From Eubacteriales bacterium (GTDB taxonomy: Bacteria > Bacillota > Clostridia > Oscillospirales > CAG-272), in the NCBI GenBank assembly GCA_045658185.1, contig JAZOUQ010000145.1:53247-117246 (forward strand): 64,000 nt of DNA. The letters run 5' to 3'. The translations under genes and the position numbers were made by a program. Every line of letters begins with the position of its first letter. Positions within the stretch are counted from its first letter, which is position 1. The notes under the pieces were generated by a model that made no database searches, was not told the DNA's origin, and worked only from the letters and a program-made list of their open reading frames with translations. This document shows, piece by piece, positions 18,352 to 27,106 of the stretch.

Positions 18352-18407
18352 GAATAATATTTTTCCGTTTTGCATAATATTTATTGGTGTAAAACGGAGG
18401 TGATGTT

Positions 18408-18977
18408 TTGAAAAGATCGGATGAAAAAAACAAATTTCAATATATTGAAAAGAAAAAAATAGTTTTTCAGTTTTTTCTTGTTTCAATTTTTTCGTTTATT
18501 GCCGGTGTGCTTTTCGTTAACCTTGCCTCGGACGAGTTTTTATCAGATATAGCTCGTAGCTTGGAGATCAATACAAATATCGATGAGGATTTTTTGTATT
18601 CGGTTTTAAAAAATGCTTTGAGCGATATATCTGTTGTAATTATCTTATACATTTTTTCTTTTTCTTTTATAAATTATCTGATATCTGATTTTGTACTTGC
18701 ATTTTTGGGATTTAAGACCGGATTGTACGTATATACTTATTTCTTATCAAATATTAGGTACGTTAAGTTGTTTGCGGTGATTTCCATAAAAATAGCTTTA
18801 TTGGCTGTTATTCTTTTATTTGCTTGTAGCTTGGGAATAAAGTCATTAAGCCTTGTTAGATATCGCCCAAATTCAAGGATTCGCATAGATAAAAAATGCC
18901 TTGTGTCTATTACGATTCTTACGGTAAGTACCATAGGAGCAATAATCGTTCTGAATGCGATTGGTTTATTAATATAA
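18408..18977 (+). CDS. Multi-pass membrane protein, possibly SpoIIM-like
   Basis: TTG start 7 nt after GGAGG, with 4-5 predicted TM segments. The similarity to SpoIIM is only in size and topology. Confidence 0.35.
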   Translation: MKRSDEKNKFQYIEKKKIVFQFFLVSIFSFIAGVLFVNLASDEFLSDIARSLEINTNIDEDFLYSVLKNALSDISVVIILYIFSFSFINYLISDFVLAFLGFKTGLYVYTYFLSNIRYVKLFAVISIKIALLAVILLFACSLGIKSLSLVRYRPNSRIRIDKKCLVSITILTVSTIGAIIVLNAIGLLI

Positions 18978-19002
18978 AATACATATAAAGGATGTTTAAA
19001 AA

Positions 19003-19980
19003 TTGAGGATCACAGAAGAAAAAAATCAAAAAAAGAAGTTTAAGCTTTTTGACATGAACCGTGACGGCAAAGGGGTATATGAAGAAGAATCAAGAAAACC
19101 CACGTTGGGATTTTTCTTTAAGCTTTATTTCAGAAAGTTTACCCAGTTGCTTCAGCTTAATTTACTGATGCTGTTTATGATAGCACCGATCATTGCTATT
19201 GTTGGCATTTATTTCCTTGGCGAAAAGACCCCCACAGCTACGAATATTCTTTATGCACCGTTATACGGTATATCTACTTCCCTGCCTTCCGCTGAAAGTA
19301 TAAATTTGCTTGACCTTTCATCAATACAGATGGAAGTGCCGGTATTCAGCACGGGAATGAATATTCTTATGATAGTGTTGGGCTTGTTTTTGGCTGTTAC
19401 TTGGGGATGGCAGAACGTTGGTGCGTCTTACGTTCTCAGAGGTCTTTTCAGAGGAGATGCGGTGTTTGTATTTTCCGATTATTTTTATGGAATAAAGCGT
19501 AATTTCAAACAGGCATTTCTACTTGGCTTGATAGATTTCGTTATCAGTGCGGTGCTTATTATCGACTTTATGTTTTTCTTCAACCTGACGGGCTCGTTTG
19601 GTTTTGATTTTATGTACTTTGCGATAATGGCATTGTCTATAATTTGGATAATGATGAGATTCTATCTTTATAATCTGCTTGTAACCTTTGATCTTAAGAA
19701 TTTCAAGATATTAAAAAATTGTCTTATATTCTCGATCCTTGGAATAAAGCGTAATATAATGGCTTTTTTGGGAATTGTATTGTTACTCGCCCTTCACGTA
19801 TTTTTAATTGTGCTGTTTATTCCTATGGGTATATCTATTCCAATAGTTTTGCCTTTCGTTTACATCATGGCAACTATAGGATTTATTGCAACCTATGCGG
19901 GATTCCCTATAATACAGAAATATATGATAGATCCGTACGTTACCGAAACAACGGATGACGTTGAAGAGATTGAGGAATAA
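19003..19980 (+). CDS. Multi-pass membrane protein, DUF624 (YesL)-like
   Basis: An N-terminal cytoplasmic stretch precedes 6 or more TM segments. FRKFTQLLQLNLLMLFMIAPI resembles the DUF624 start. The TTG start is uncertain. Confidence 0.4.
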   Translation: MRITEEKNQKKKFKLFDMNRDGKGVYEEESRKPTLGFFFKLYFRKFTQLLQLNLLMLFMIAPIIAIVGIYFLGEKTPTATNILYAPLYGISTSLPSAESINLLDLSSIQMEVPVFSTGMNILMIVLGLFLAVTWGWQNVGASYVLRGLFRGDAVFVFSDYFYGIKRNFKQAFLLGLIDFVISAVLIIDFMFFFNLTGSFGFDFMYFAIMALSIIWIMMRFYLYNLLVTFDLKNFKILKNCLIFSILGIKRNIMAFLGIVLLLALHVFLIVLFIPMGISIPIVLPFVYIMATIGFIATYAGFPIIQKYMIDPYVTETTDDVEEIEE

Positions 19981-19986
19981 CCACCT

Positions 19987-20025
19987 AAAGGCACTTGTGG
20001 CAAAATCTTACCGCAAGTGCCTTTT
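19987..20025 (+). terminator. Intrinsic terminator
   Basis: aaaggcacttgtgg/ccgcaagtgcctttt stem followed by a T run. Confidence 0.65.
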
Positions 20026-20051
20026 GATTATATTTGTTTTTATAAATATTG

Positions 20052-20090
20052 CAACCAAATTTAAAAACACCACACTATATGGATGAAAGG
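20052..20090 (+). promoter_or_regulatory. Candidate ECF-type promoter (copy 2): CAACC-N18-CTATATGGATGAAAGG
   Basis: Same motif as at 2609-2646 and 22028-22066. It ends 10 nt before the ATG at 20101. Confidence 0.45.
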
Positions 20091-20100
20091 AGGCGAGAAA

Positions 20101-21708
20101 ATGCAAGAAACGAATAAAATGCGAGATATGCTTATACATGAGTTTACCGAAAGCTATATGGAAAAGTTGTTTTATTTCTGCTTAAAAAAGACAGGCAGTC
20201 ATGTTCACGCCGAGGATTTGACACAAGATATTGCACTCCAAATCATTACGGCATTGAATAAAGGCACGATTCCAACAAGCTTTTCGGCTTGGGTATGGCA
20301 GATCGCACGCAACCGTTATTCAGTATGGGCAAAAGAAAAGCATAATCGAAACGAAGCGCAAAGCGGTTCAGATATCGGCGATTATGAGATCGAGGACAAG
20401 GGCGAAAATATCCTTGATGAAATGATACATACAGAGCAAATGGCTCTGCTTCGGCGAGAGCTGGCGTTCATCAAAAGTGATTATCGCAACATTGTCGTTG
20501 CCTATTACATAGAAAATAAAAGTATTCGTGATATTGCATCGTCACTTTCGCTTCCTACGAACACGGTAAAGTCACGACTTTTCCGTGCAAGAGAAATTTT
20601 GAAAGAAGGTATGGATATGGCAAGAGAATTTGGTAAACGCAGTTATAACCCAGAGGATATCACTTTTGCTTCAAGTGGTGCTCAACCAAGTGGACTTCCG
20701 TGGCGTGTAGTTCAAAGAAAGATTCCAAAAAACATTTTGCTTCACGCAAATAACAACCCCTCAACGTTAGAAGAAATTTCCATTGAACTGGGTATTGCAC
20801 TTCCCTACATAGAAGAAGAAGTGGAAATTCTACATAAAGCAACACTTCTCGAAAATCAAGGAAACAAATATATAACAAATTTCTTTATATTAGATAAAGA
20901 TTGTCGTATGGAAGCCTATTATGCGTTAAGAAGTGAAGCAAGAGAAAGAAGTCGTCTTATTGGCGAATTTATAGAAGAAAAAATATCGGATATCAGAGAA
21001 TTGGGGATTGCAGGAATGCATATTGACGACAATACCGTTAAATGGTGGTTAGCTCCCAATCTTATTGACTATTTAATTTACAACGGTGTAACAGAACGAC
21101 ATAGTGCTAAACCAATTCAACGTGCTAACGGAGAATCATGGGGATTTGTTGGATACGAAATAACCGAGCTTCCGGAAAAACTGACGATGGGACAAAATGG
21201 AAACGGATCTCAAAAAAGTATGTTTTGGACATATAAGTTCGGTGATTATTCCCTGTGGGATCAATGCGGAGAGCCGAGATATGATGAGGCATTGCTGATG
21301 GCAGAATGTGTTTGTCAAAAACGGTTTGTTACATCTTTAACAGATATTGAGAAAGGAATATGGAAACGTATTGACGGAAAATATGCCCATGCGGACGATA
21401 CCGGGGAGATTATTGCAGATATTCTTGTAATCTCAGAAGATAATCTTAACAAAATACATCAGCTTTTCCGTCAGCATAAAAACTATGAGCAGCTTTCTAA
21501 AAACATAACAAATGCATATAAAAAGGTGGATAAAATTTTCAAGAATTATAGCCATAAAGTTTTACATGATAACCTTAATTATTATATATGCAGTGAGTTA
21601 TATAAAGCGAGAATGATGGCTGTTCACGATTTGGTTGATGACGGTGTTTTGAAATTGCCTGAAGATACAAGTAAATCTTCTTTGGGAATGTACATTATTC
21701 TTAAATAA
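20101..21708 (+). CDS. Sigma-70/ECF-like sigma factor with ~350 aa C-terminal extension (paralogue 2)
   Basis: Region 2 HAEDLTQDIALQI and region 4.2 LPTNTVKSRLFRAREIL. The start is set at the ATG 7 nt after AGGAGG; the listed ATG at 20083 lies inside the promoter motif. Confidence 0.75.
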   Translation: MQETNKMRDMLIHEFTESYMEKLFYFCLKKTGSHVHAEDLTQDIALQIITALNKGTIPTSFSAWVWQIARNRYSVWAKEKHNRNEAQSGSDIGDYEIEDKGENILDEMIHTEQMALLRRELAFIKSDYRNIVVAYYIENKSIRDIASSLSLPTNTVKSRLFRAREILKEGMDMAREFGKRSYNPEDITFASSGAQPSGLPWRVVQRKIPKNILLHANNNPSTLEEISIELGIALPYIEEEVEILHKATLLENQGNKYITNFFILDKDCRMEAYYALRSEARERSRLIGEFIEEKISDIRELGIAGMHIDDNTVKWWLAPNLIDYLIYNGVTERHSAKPIQRANGESWGFVGYEITELPEKLTMGQNGNGSQKSMFWTYKFGDYSLWDQCGEPRYDEALLMAECVCQKRFVTSLTDIEKGIWKRIDGKYAHADDTGEIIADILVISEDNLNKIHQLFRQHKNYEQLSKNITNAYKKVDKIFKNYSHKVLHDNLNYYICSELYKARMMAVHDLVDDGVLKLPEDTSKSSLGMYIILK

Positions 21709-21721
21709 AAAATATAGTCAT

Positions 21722-21919
21722 ATGAACATAGGTAACAACATAAAAAAATTAAGAAAACAAAAGAATTTAACTCAAGCTCATCTTGCTGAAATAATAGGTG
21801 TAAGCTATCAGGCAGTTTCAAAATGGGAGAACAATCGAGGTTATCCGGATATTCAATTGCTTCCCCAAATAGCCAGTGTTTTTGGAGTTTCTATTGATAT
21901 GCTGTTTATTAGCATATAA
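21722..21919 (+). CDS. Small XRE-family HTH protein (65 aa)
   Basis: IKKLRKQKNLTQAHLAEIIGVSYQAVSKWENNRGYPDIQLL is a classic HTH_3 domain. It starts 13 nt after the sigma stop and has no obvious SD. Confidence 0.7.
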   Translation: MNIGNNIKKLRKQKNLTQAHLAEIIGVSYQAVSKWENNRGYPDIQLLPQIASVFGVSIDMLFISI

Positions 21920-21929
21920 AATAAAAACC

Positions 21930-21964
21930 CCGCCGAGAGTAACCGTAATGGTCGCTCTCGGCGG
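21930..21964 (+). terminator. Two-tier hairpin (copy 2 of the conserved sigma 3' element)
   Basis: ccgccgagag/ctctcggcgg stem, a 2x2 internal loop, an ACC/GGT tier and loop gtaat. Confidence 0.6.
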
Positions 21965-22027
21965 TATTTATTATAGACTGATTCACAATTTTATGATATA
22001 ATTATTTTGAAAATATCAAAAAACATC

Positions 22028-22066
22028 TTAACCGTTTTATCTTTTCAACGACTATATGGATGAAGG
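22028..22066 (+). promoter_or_regulatory. Candidate ECF-type promoter (copy 3): TAACC-N18-CTATATGGATGAAGGC
   Basis: Same motif as copies 1 and 2. It ends 15 nt before the ATG at 22082. Confidence 0.45.
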
Positions 22067-22081
22067 CACCTGAAAACGGAA

Positions 22082-23668
22082 ATGGAGAGGCAAATGGATA
22101 GTATAAAACTTGAACAACTGATAACCGAGAATATGAAGTCGATCTTTGGATTTGCACTGACGAGGCTTGGCAATGTAATTGAAGCCGAAGAGCTTGCGAG
22201 CGACATTCTTTATGAGATCATTAAATCCGCAAAAAATCTAAAAGACGAAAATCGTTTTTACGGATTTATGTGGAAGATTGCGGAAAATACCTATATGAAC
22301 TATCTTCGCAAAAAATCAAAAAATGCAAGTCGAACAGCAGAACTTGACGAAAATATTGCCGATAAATCGGACTCTGTTTTGGAGGAATTAATCAAAAAGG
22401 AAGATTTAAATCTGCTTCGTCGGGAACTCTCCTTGTTATCAAAGCAATACCGCGACACTACGGTTTTATACTATTTCGAAGATCTCTCTTGTTCCGAAGT
22501 TGCGGAAAAATTACAGATTAGCACGGAAATGGTAAAGTATTATTTATTCCGTGCAAGAAAATTTATCAGAGAGGGTATGAATATGGAAAGATTATTCGGT
22601 GAAAAAAGCTATCGTCCCGGAAGTTTTGAAATTGATTTTTGGGGAACAAAAGCAGGAGATGACTTTGAATATCGAGATTTTCAAAGAAGAAAGATTAAAG
22701 GAAATATTTTACTTGCAGCATATTATAGCCCGGTAACTATTCAAGAAATAAGCATCGAACTCGGAGTCGCACTTCCCTATCTTGAGGACGAGATCAAACT
22801 GCTTGTTGATCGAGAATATCTCGTGTGCAAAAACGAAAAGTATCTGACCAACATTCCAATCTTCACACTTGATTGCACTAAAACGATTGATGAAAAACTG
22901 AAAGAGCTTACCGAGTATACCGCTAAAAAATTCATAGAAGTTGCGGATAATTTTGACTTGCGTTTTGGTGATCGTTTTGAAAATGAAAATCTTGCCCATT
23001 GGCAAAAGATTCTCTTATGCCTGCACTTTTCATTGATTGACACCGAAAATGATATCAAAAACAACTATGGTGAATTGCCCAAAGACGGACCGTATTCACT
23101 TGTCAACGGTGGAGGCGGACACGGAATCATTTGGGGGCGAAGCACGATAAATGTTGTTGGTGATAAGCATCCGAGAGGAATCCAAGGCATTTATAACGGT
23201 TGCCCTGCGAGTGATAAAAGCGGAAGTGTAATAGCAATGAATTTTAGACAAATCCTTAATGCTCAACACTTTGAGGGGAATATGACCAATCCGGTGGTTT
23301 GTACTGCGGTAGATTGTTATAATCATTTGCCGAAGGATTGGAAGGAACTGCTTGATAAGCTTGGATATGCAAAGAATAGCAAAGCAAACTTTGCTGTTTG
23401 GACGAATGAAGAATACGCTGAACTGCGAAAGATTCTCGTCGAGTGTATTGCCATTGTATCTGAGTTGAATTGCAAAACCTCGGAAATCGCCGCCAATATA
23501 ACTGCTGACCTCGCTCCTGCCCACATCCGAAAAGTCGCAGAATATGTAGGTGCGTTTGTTTACCGCTTCAATTCTATTGACAATTTAATAAACACCTTGT
23601 TTGACATGAATTGGGTGAAATCAGTTGATGAGATGGAAAAACCAGCTATTTGTGTTGTGAAGAATTGA
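22082..23668 (+). CDS. Sigma-70/ECF-like sigma factor with ~350 aa C-terminal extension (paralogue 3)
   Basis: Region 2 EAEELASDILYEI and region 4.2 ISTEMVKYYLFRARKFI. An alternative start at 22094 would give the same N-terminal length as paralogue 1. Confidence 0.75.
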   Translation: MERQMDSIKLEQLITENMKSIFGFALTRLGNVIEAEELASDILYEIIKSAKNLKDENRFYGFMWKIAENTYMNYLRKKSKNASRTAELDENIADKSDSVLEELIKKEDLNLLRRELSLLSKQYRDTTVLYYFEDLSCSEVAEKLQISTEMVKYYLFRARKFIREGMNMERLFGEKSYRPGSFEIDFWGTKAGDDFEYRDFQRRKIKGNILLAAYYSPVTIQEISIELGVALPYLEDEIKLLVDREYLVCKNEKYLTNIPIFTLDCTKTIDEKLKELTEYTAKKFIEVADNFDLRFGDRFENENLAHWQKILLCLHFSLIDTENDIKNNYGELPKDGPYSLVNGGGGHGIIWGRSTINVVGDKHPRGIQGIYNGCPASDKSGSVIAMNFRQILNAQHFEGNMTNPVVCTAVDCYNHLPKDWKELLDKLGYAKNSKANFAVWTNEEYAELRKILVECIAIVSELNCKTSEIAANITADLAPAHIRKVAEYVGAFVYRFNSIDNLINTLFDMNWVKSVDEMEKPAICVVKN

Positions 23669-23680
23669 ATATAAGAACAA

Positions 23681-23715
23681 CCGCCGAGAATAACCGTAAT
23701 GGTCGCTCTCGGCGG
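23681..23715. terminator. Two-tier hairpin (copy 3 of the conserved sigma 3' element), shared with the convergent nfnB-like gene
   Basis: It matches copy 2 at 34 of 35 nt and is followed by tattttttattt. Confidence 0.65.
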
Positions 23716-23722
23716 CTATTTT

Positions 23723-25135
23723 TTATTTAGACAATTTCTCGTGTATTGCTTTTGCAGCTATCTTTCCGGCGCCCATTGCCGAAATAACCGTTGCAGCTCC
23801 TGTAACTGCATCTCCGCCTGCAAAAACGCCATCTCTTGTGGTAGCACCCGTTGTTTCCTCAACGATTATGCCGCCGTGTCTATTGACCTCAAGACCTTCT
23901 GTGGTCATTTTGATAAGCGGGTTGGGAGATGTACCGATAGACATAATAACGGTGTCTACGTCGAGTATAAACTCGCTTCCCTCAACGGGAACGGGACGGC
24001 GACGTCCTCTCTCGTCAGGCTCACCAAGCTCCATCTTAATACATTTCATACCAACAACACAGCCGTTTTTAGGATCGCGAGGATCGTCGGGATTGTTATA
24101 TCCCAAAATCTCCGTAGGATTGGTCAAAAGACGGAAGTCGATTCCCTCCTCCTCTGCGTGCTCAACCTCCTCACGTCTTGCGGGAAGCTCGTCCATAGAA
24201 CGTCTGTAAACGATGTATACGTTATCAGCACCAAGACGAAGTGCGGTTCTTGCGGCGTCCATTGCCACGTTACCGCCGCCTACGACAGCTACGTTACCAC
24301 CTTTCATAATAGGTGTAACAGGGGAGTCCTTATATGCCTTCATAAGATTGGATCTTGTAAGGAATTCATTCGCGGAATATACGCCCTTATACGCTTCACC
24401 GGGGATTCCCATAAAGTTAGGAAGACCTGCACCTGAACCAACAAACACAGCCTCATAACCCATCTCGAAAAGCTCGTCAATAGTAAGGGTTTTGCCTATG
24501 ACCATATTAGTTTCAACGTCAACACCCATTTTCTTCAGGTTGTCAACTTCCTTTTGAACGATTGACTTGGGAAGTCTGAATTCGGGTATTCCGTACACCA
24601 ATACACCGCCTGCTGCGTGAAGTGCCTCGTAAACGGTCACCTTGTAGCCTTTTTTAGCAAGGTCGCCCGCACAGGTAAGACCTGAAGGGCCTGAACCTAC
24701 AACGGCTACCTTATGTCCGTTGAATTCGGGAACGGTAGGTGTTTCGTCAGAATGTGCATTGTGCCAATCGGCAACAAAGCGTTCCAGACGACCAATTCCT
24801 ACAGGTTCTCCTTTTATACCTCTTACACACTTGCTCTCGCACTGTGTTTCCTGAGGACATACACGGCCGCAAACAGCAGGAAGGCTTGAAGTAAGTGTTA
24901 TTATGTTGTAAGCGCCTTCAAAATCTCCTTCCTTTATTTTAGAGATAAATTCGGGAATATGAATATTAACAGGACATCCGTTAACACACGGCATTGTTTT
25001 GCAGTTAAGACAACGCAAAGCCTCGTCTATTGCCGTTTCTTCGGAATAACCTATAGCTACCTCATCAAAATTGTGTGCTCTTACAGCAGGATCCTGAACC
25101 GGCATAGGATTTTTCTTGGGGGACATGTTTGCCAT
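23723..25135 (-). CDS. NADPH-dependent glutamate synthase small-chain-like oxidoreductase (NfnB/GltD-like)
   Basis: Two Cys clusters (CLNCKTMPCVNGCP, CGRVCPQETQCESKC) and two dinucleotide-binding folds (VVGSGPSGL, VVGGGNVAMD). Confidence 0.85.
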   Translation of the reverse strand: MANMSPKKNPMPVQDPAVRAHNFDEVAIGYSEETAIDEALRCLNCKTMPCVNGCPVNIHIPEFISKIKEGDFEGAYNIITLTSSLPAVCGRVCPQETQCESKCVRGIKGEPVGIGRLERFVADWHNAHSDETPTVPEFNGHKVAVVGSGPSGLTCAGDLAKKGYKVTVYEALHAAGGVLVYGIPEFRLPKSIVQKEVDNLKKMGVDVETNMVIGKTLTIDELFEMGYEAVFVGSGAGLPNFMGIPGEAYKGVYSANEFLTRSNLMKAYKDSPVTPIMKGGNVAVVGGGNVAMDAARTALRLGADNVYIVYRRSMDELPARREEVEHAEEEGIDFRLLTNPTEILGYNNPDDPRDPKNGCVVGMKCIKMELGEPDERGRRRPVPVEGSEFILDVDTVIMSIGTSPNPLIKMTTEGLEVNRHGGIIVEETTGATTRDGVFAGGDAVTGAATVISAMGAGKIAAKAIHEKLSK

Positions 25136-25136
25136 T

Positions 25137-25991
25137 TCACTTTACCTCCTTAGAGAACAAATTACACGTAGATTCATAAGCGTGACGCTCAAATTCACGG
25201 TACATAGCACCTCTTGACATTGCTTCGTCAAAATCAACCTCATAGCCGTTAAAGTCAGGTCCGTCAACACAAGCAAACTTTGTTACCTTTTTGCCGTCTT
25301 GATTGAGCGTAAGTCTGCATCCGCCGCACATTCCCGTACCGTCGATCATAATGGGATTCATAGAAACCGTACAAGGAATACCTGTAGGTCTTACTGCCTC
25401 AACAACGAATTTCATCATTACAAGAGGACCGATTGTGATAACCTCATCAAAGGTTTCCCCATTTGCGAACATTTCGTTGAGAGGTGCACATACGTTTCCT
25501 TTTGTGCCGTATGAACCGTCGTCAGTCATAACGAAAAGCTTTTTAGATGCGGCATTGAATTCCTTTTCAAGAATAACAAGGTCTTTGCTTCTGAAACCAA
25601 TAACAGAAGTAACGTCACAGCCCATATCGTGGAGCTTTTGTGCTATGGGAAGAGCTATTGCACAACCAACGCCACCTCCAACGATACATACTTTTTTCAA
25701 GCCCTCTGTCTTTGTAGCTATACCGAGAGGACCGCAAAAATCACAAATGTATTCACCTTCATTTTTGCTATCAAGCAATTTGGTGGTTGCACCAACAATT
25801 TGGAAGATTATAGTTACGCTTCCCTTTTCTCTGTCGTATCCTGCAACAGTGAGAGGAATACGTTCTCCTTCATCATCTACTCTAAGTATAATAAATTGTC
25901 CGGGTTCAGCCTTTTTTGCAACAAATGGAGCGTATATTTCCATTAACGTTACAGTTGGATTCAGCGATTCTTTTCTTAGAATCTTATACAT
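25137..25991 (-). CDS. PyrK-like FAD/NAD-binding ferredoxin-NADP reductase subunit (NfnA-like)
   Basis: RIPLTVA, GGGVGCA and the C-terminal 2Fe-2S motif GMCGGCRL...CVDGPDF. The start is set at MYKILRK, after AAGGAGA. Confidence 0.8.
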   Translation of the reverse strand: MYKILRKESLNPTVTLMEIYAPFVAKKAEPGQFIILRVDDEGERIPLTVAGYDREKGSVTIIFQIVGATTKLLDSKNEGEYICDFCGPLGIATKTEGLKKVCIVGGGVGCAIALPIAQKLHDMGCDVTSVIGFRSKDLVILEKEFNAASKKLFVMTDDGSYGTKGNVCAPLNEMFANGETFDEVITIGPLVMMKFVVEAVRPTGIPCTVSMNPIMIDGTGMCGGCRLTLNQDGKKVTKFACVDGPDFNGYEVDFDEAMSRGAMYREFERHAYESTCNLFSKEVK

Positions 25992-26080
25992 TTTATATTC
26001 TCCTTCTCTTGTAAAATTATATGTACTAACAACACAGTACATTGTATCATATTTTCACAGAAAATTCAATAGTTTATCAA

Positions 26081-26120
26081 AAAAAAATCGGATGCACTTA
26101 AAAAGCACATCCGATTTTTT
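26081..26120 (-). terminator. Terminator after tsf
   Basis: atcggatg/catccgat stem extended by A/T runs. Confidence 0.6.
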
Positions 26121-26134
26121 AATAAAAACAGAAA

Positions 26135-27067
26135 TCAGTTGTTTCCGGTGAGCTTTGCGATTTCGTCAGCAAAGTTCTCTTCTCTCTTCTGGATTCCTTC
26201 ACCCTTTTCGAAGCGGTAGAAACCGGTTACAGTTATGCTTCCACCAAGCTCCTTAGCGGTGTTCTCAACATATTTACCAACCTTGATCTCGTCATCCTTA
26301 ACATAGGACATATCGAGCAGACAGTTGTTGTCATAGAACTTGTTGATTCTTCCAGAAACCATCTTCTCAATGATCTGAGCAGGCTTCTTTGCGTTTGCGG
26401 GATCATTAGCGATCTGTGCCATAAGAATATTCTTTTCTTCCTCAAGAACGGAAGCAGGAACAGATTCCTTATTGAGGTAAGGAGTAGGATATGCACCAAC
26501 CTGAAGAGCGATGTTCTTTGCAAATGCAACGAATTCATCCTTAGCAGCAACTGCTTCGTCAGCATCAAAGCTTACGATAACACCGATGCTACCTGTACCG
26601 TGAATATAGGTGCTGGAAAGTCCGTTAACAACAACGAAACGACGAATGCTTATCTTTTCACCGATAACAAAGATCATTTCCTTAAGCTTTGCGTCAACGG
26701 TAGTAGTGCCATCAATGTAGTTAGATGCCATAAGAGCCTCGACGTCAGCGGGCTTGTTAGCGATTATGGTCTTAAGAAGGTTCTTTACGAACTCCTGGAA
26801 GGATGCGTTCTTTGCAACGAAGTCTGTTTCGGAGTTAACCTCGATCATTGCTGTTACGTCGCCTTCCTTCATGATATCAACGATACCGTCAGCTGCAATT
26901 CTGGTAGCGGTCTTAGCTTCAGCCTTGAGTTCTCCTCTCTTACGGAGAATCTTTATTGCCTCTTCAACATCACCGTCAGCCTCAACGAGAGCCTTCTTAC
27001 ACTCCATCATACCGATACCGGTCTTAGCACGGAGGGTTGCAACATCTTTTGCAGTAATATTTGCCAT
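26135..27067 (-). CDS. tsf: Elongation factor Ts
   Basis: The UBA-like N-terminus LRAKTGIGMMECKKAL and the rpsB-tsf gene order. Confidence 0.95.
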   Translation of the reverse strand: MANITAKDVATLRAKTGIGMMECKKALVEADGDVEEAIKILRKRGELKAEAKTATRIAADGIVDIMKEGDVTAMIEVNSETDFVAKNASFQEFVKNLLKTIIANKPADVEALMASNYIDGTTTVDAKLKEMIFVIGEKISIRRFVVVNGLSSTYIHGTGSIGVIVSFDADEAVAAKDEFVAFAKNIALQVGAYPTPYLNKESVPASVLEEEKNILMAQIANDPANAKKPAQIIEKMVSGRINKFYDNNCLLDMSYVKDDEIKVGKYVENTAKELGGSITVTGFYRFEKGEGIQKREENFADEIAKLTGNN

Positions 27068-27106
27068 TTTAGTTACTTCCTTTCAGTATTTTATCAATTT
27101 AACAGA

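Noticed and set aside
23699-26151. Long plus-strand ORFs (23699-24436, 23838-24209, 25303-26151) antisense to the NfnB/NfnA-like genes.
   Set aside because: The first starts inside the terminator hairpin. All are fully antisense to well-supported CDS, and their products are Cys/Ser/Thr-rich low-complexity sequences. I judge them shadow ORFs.
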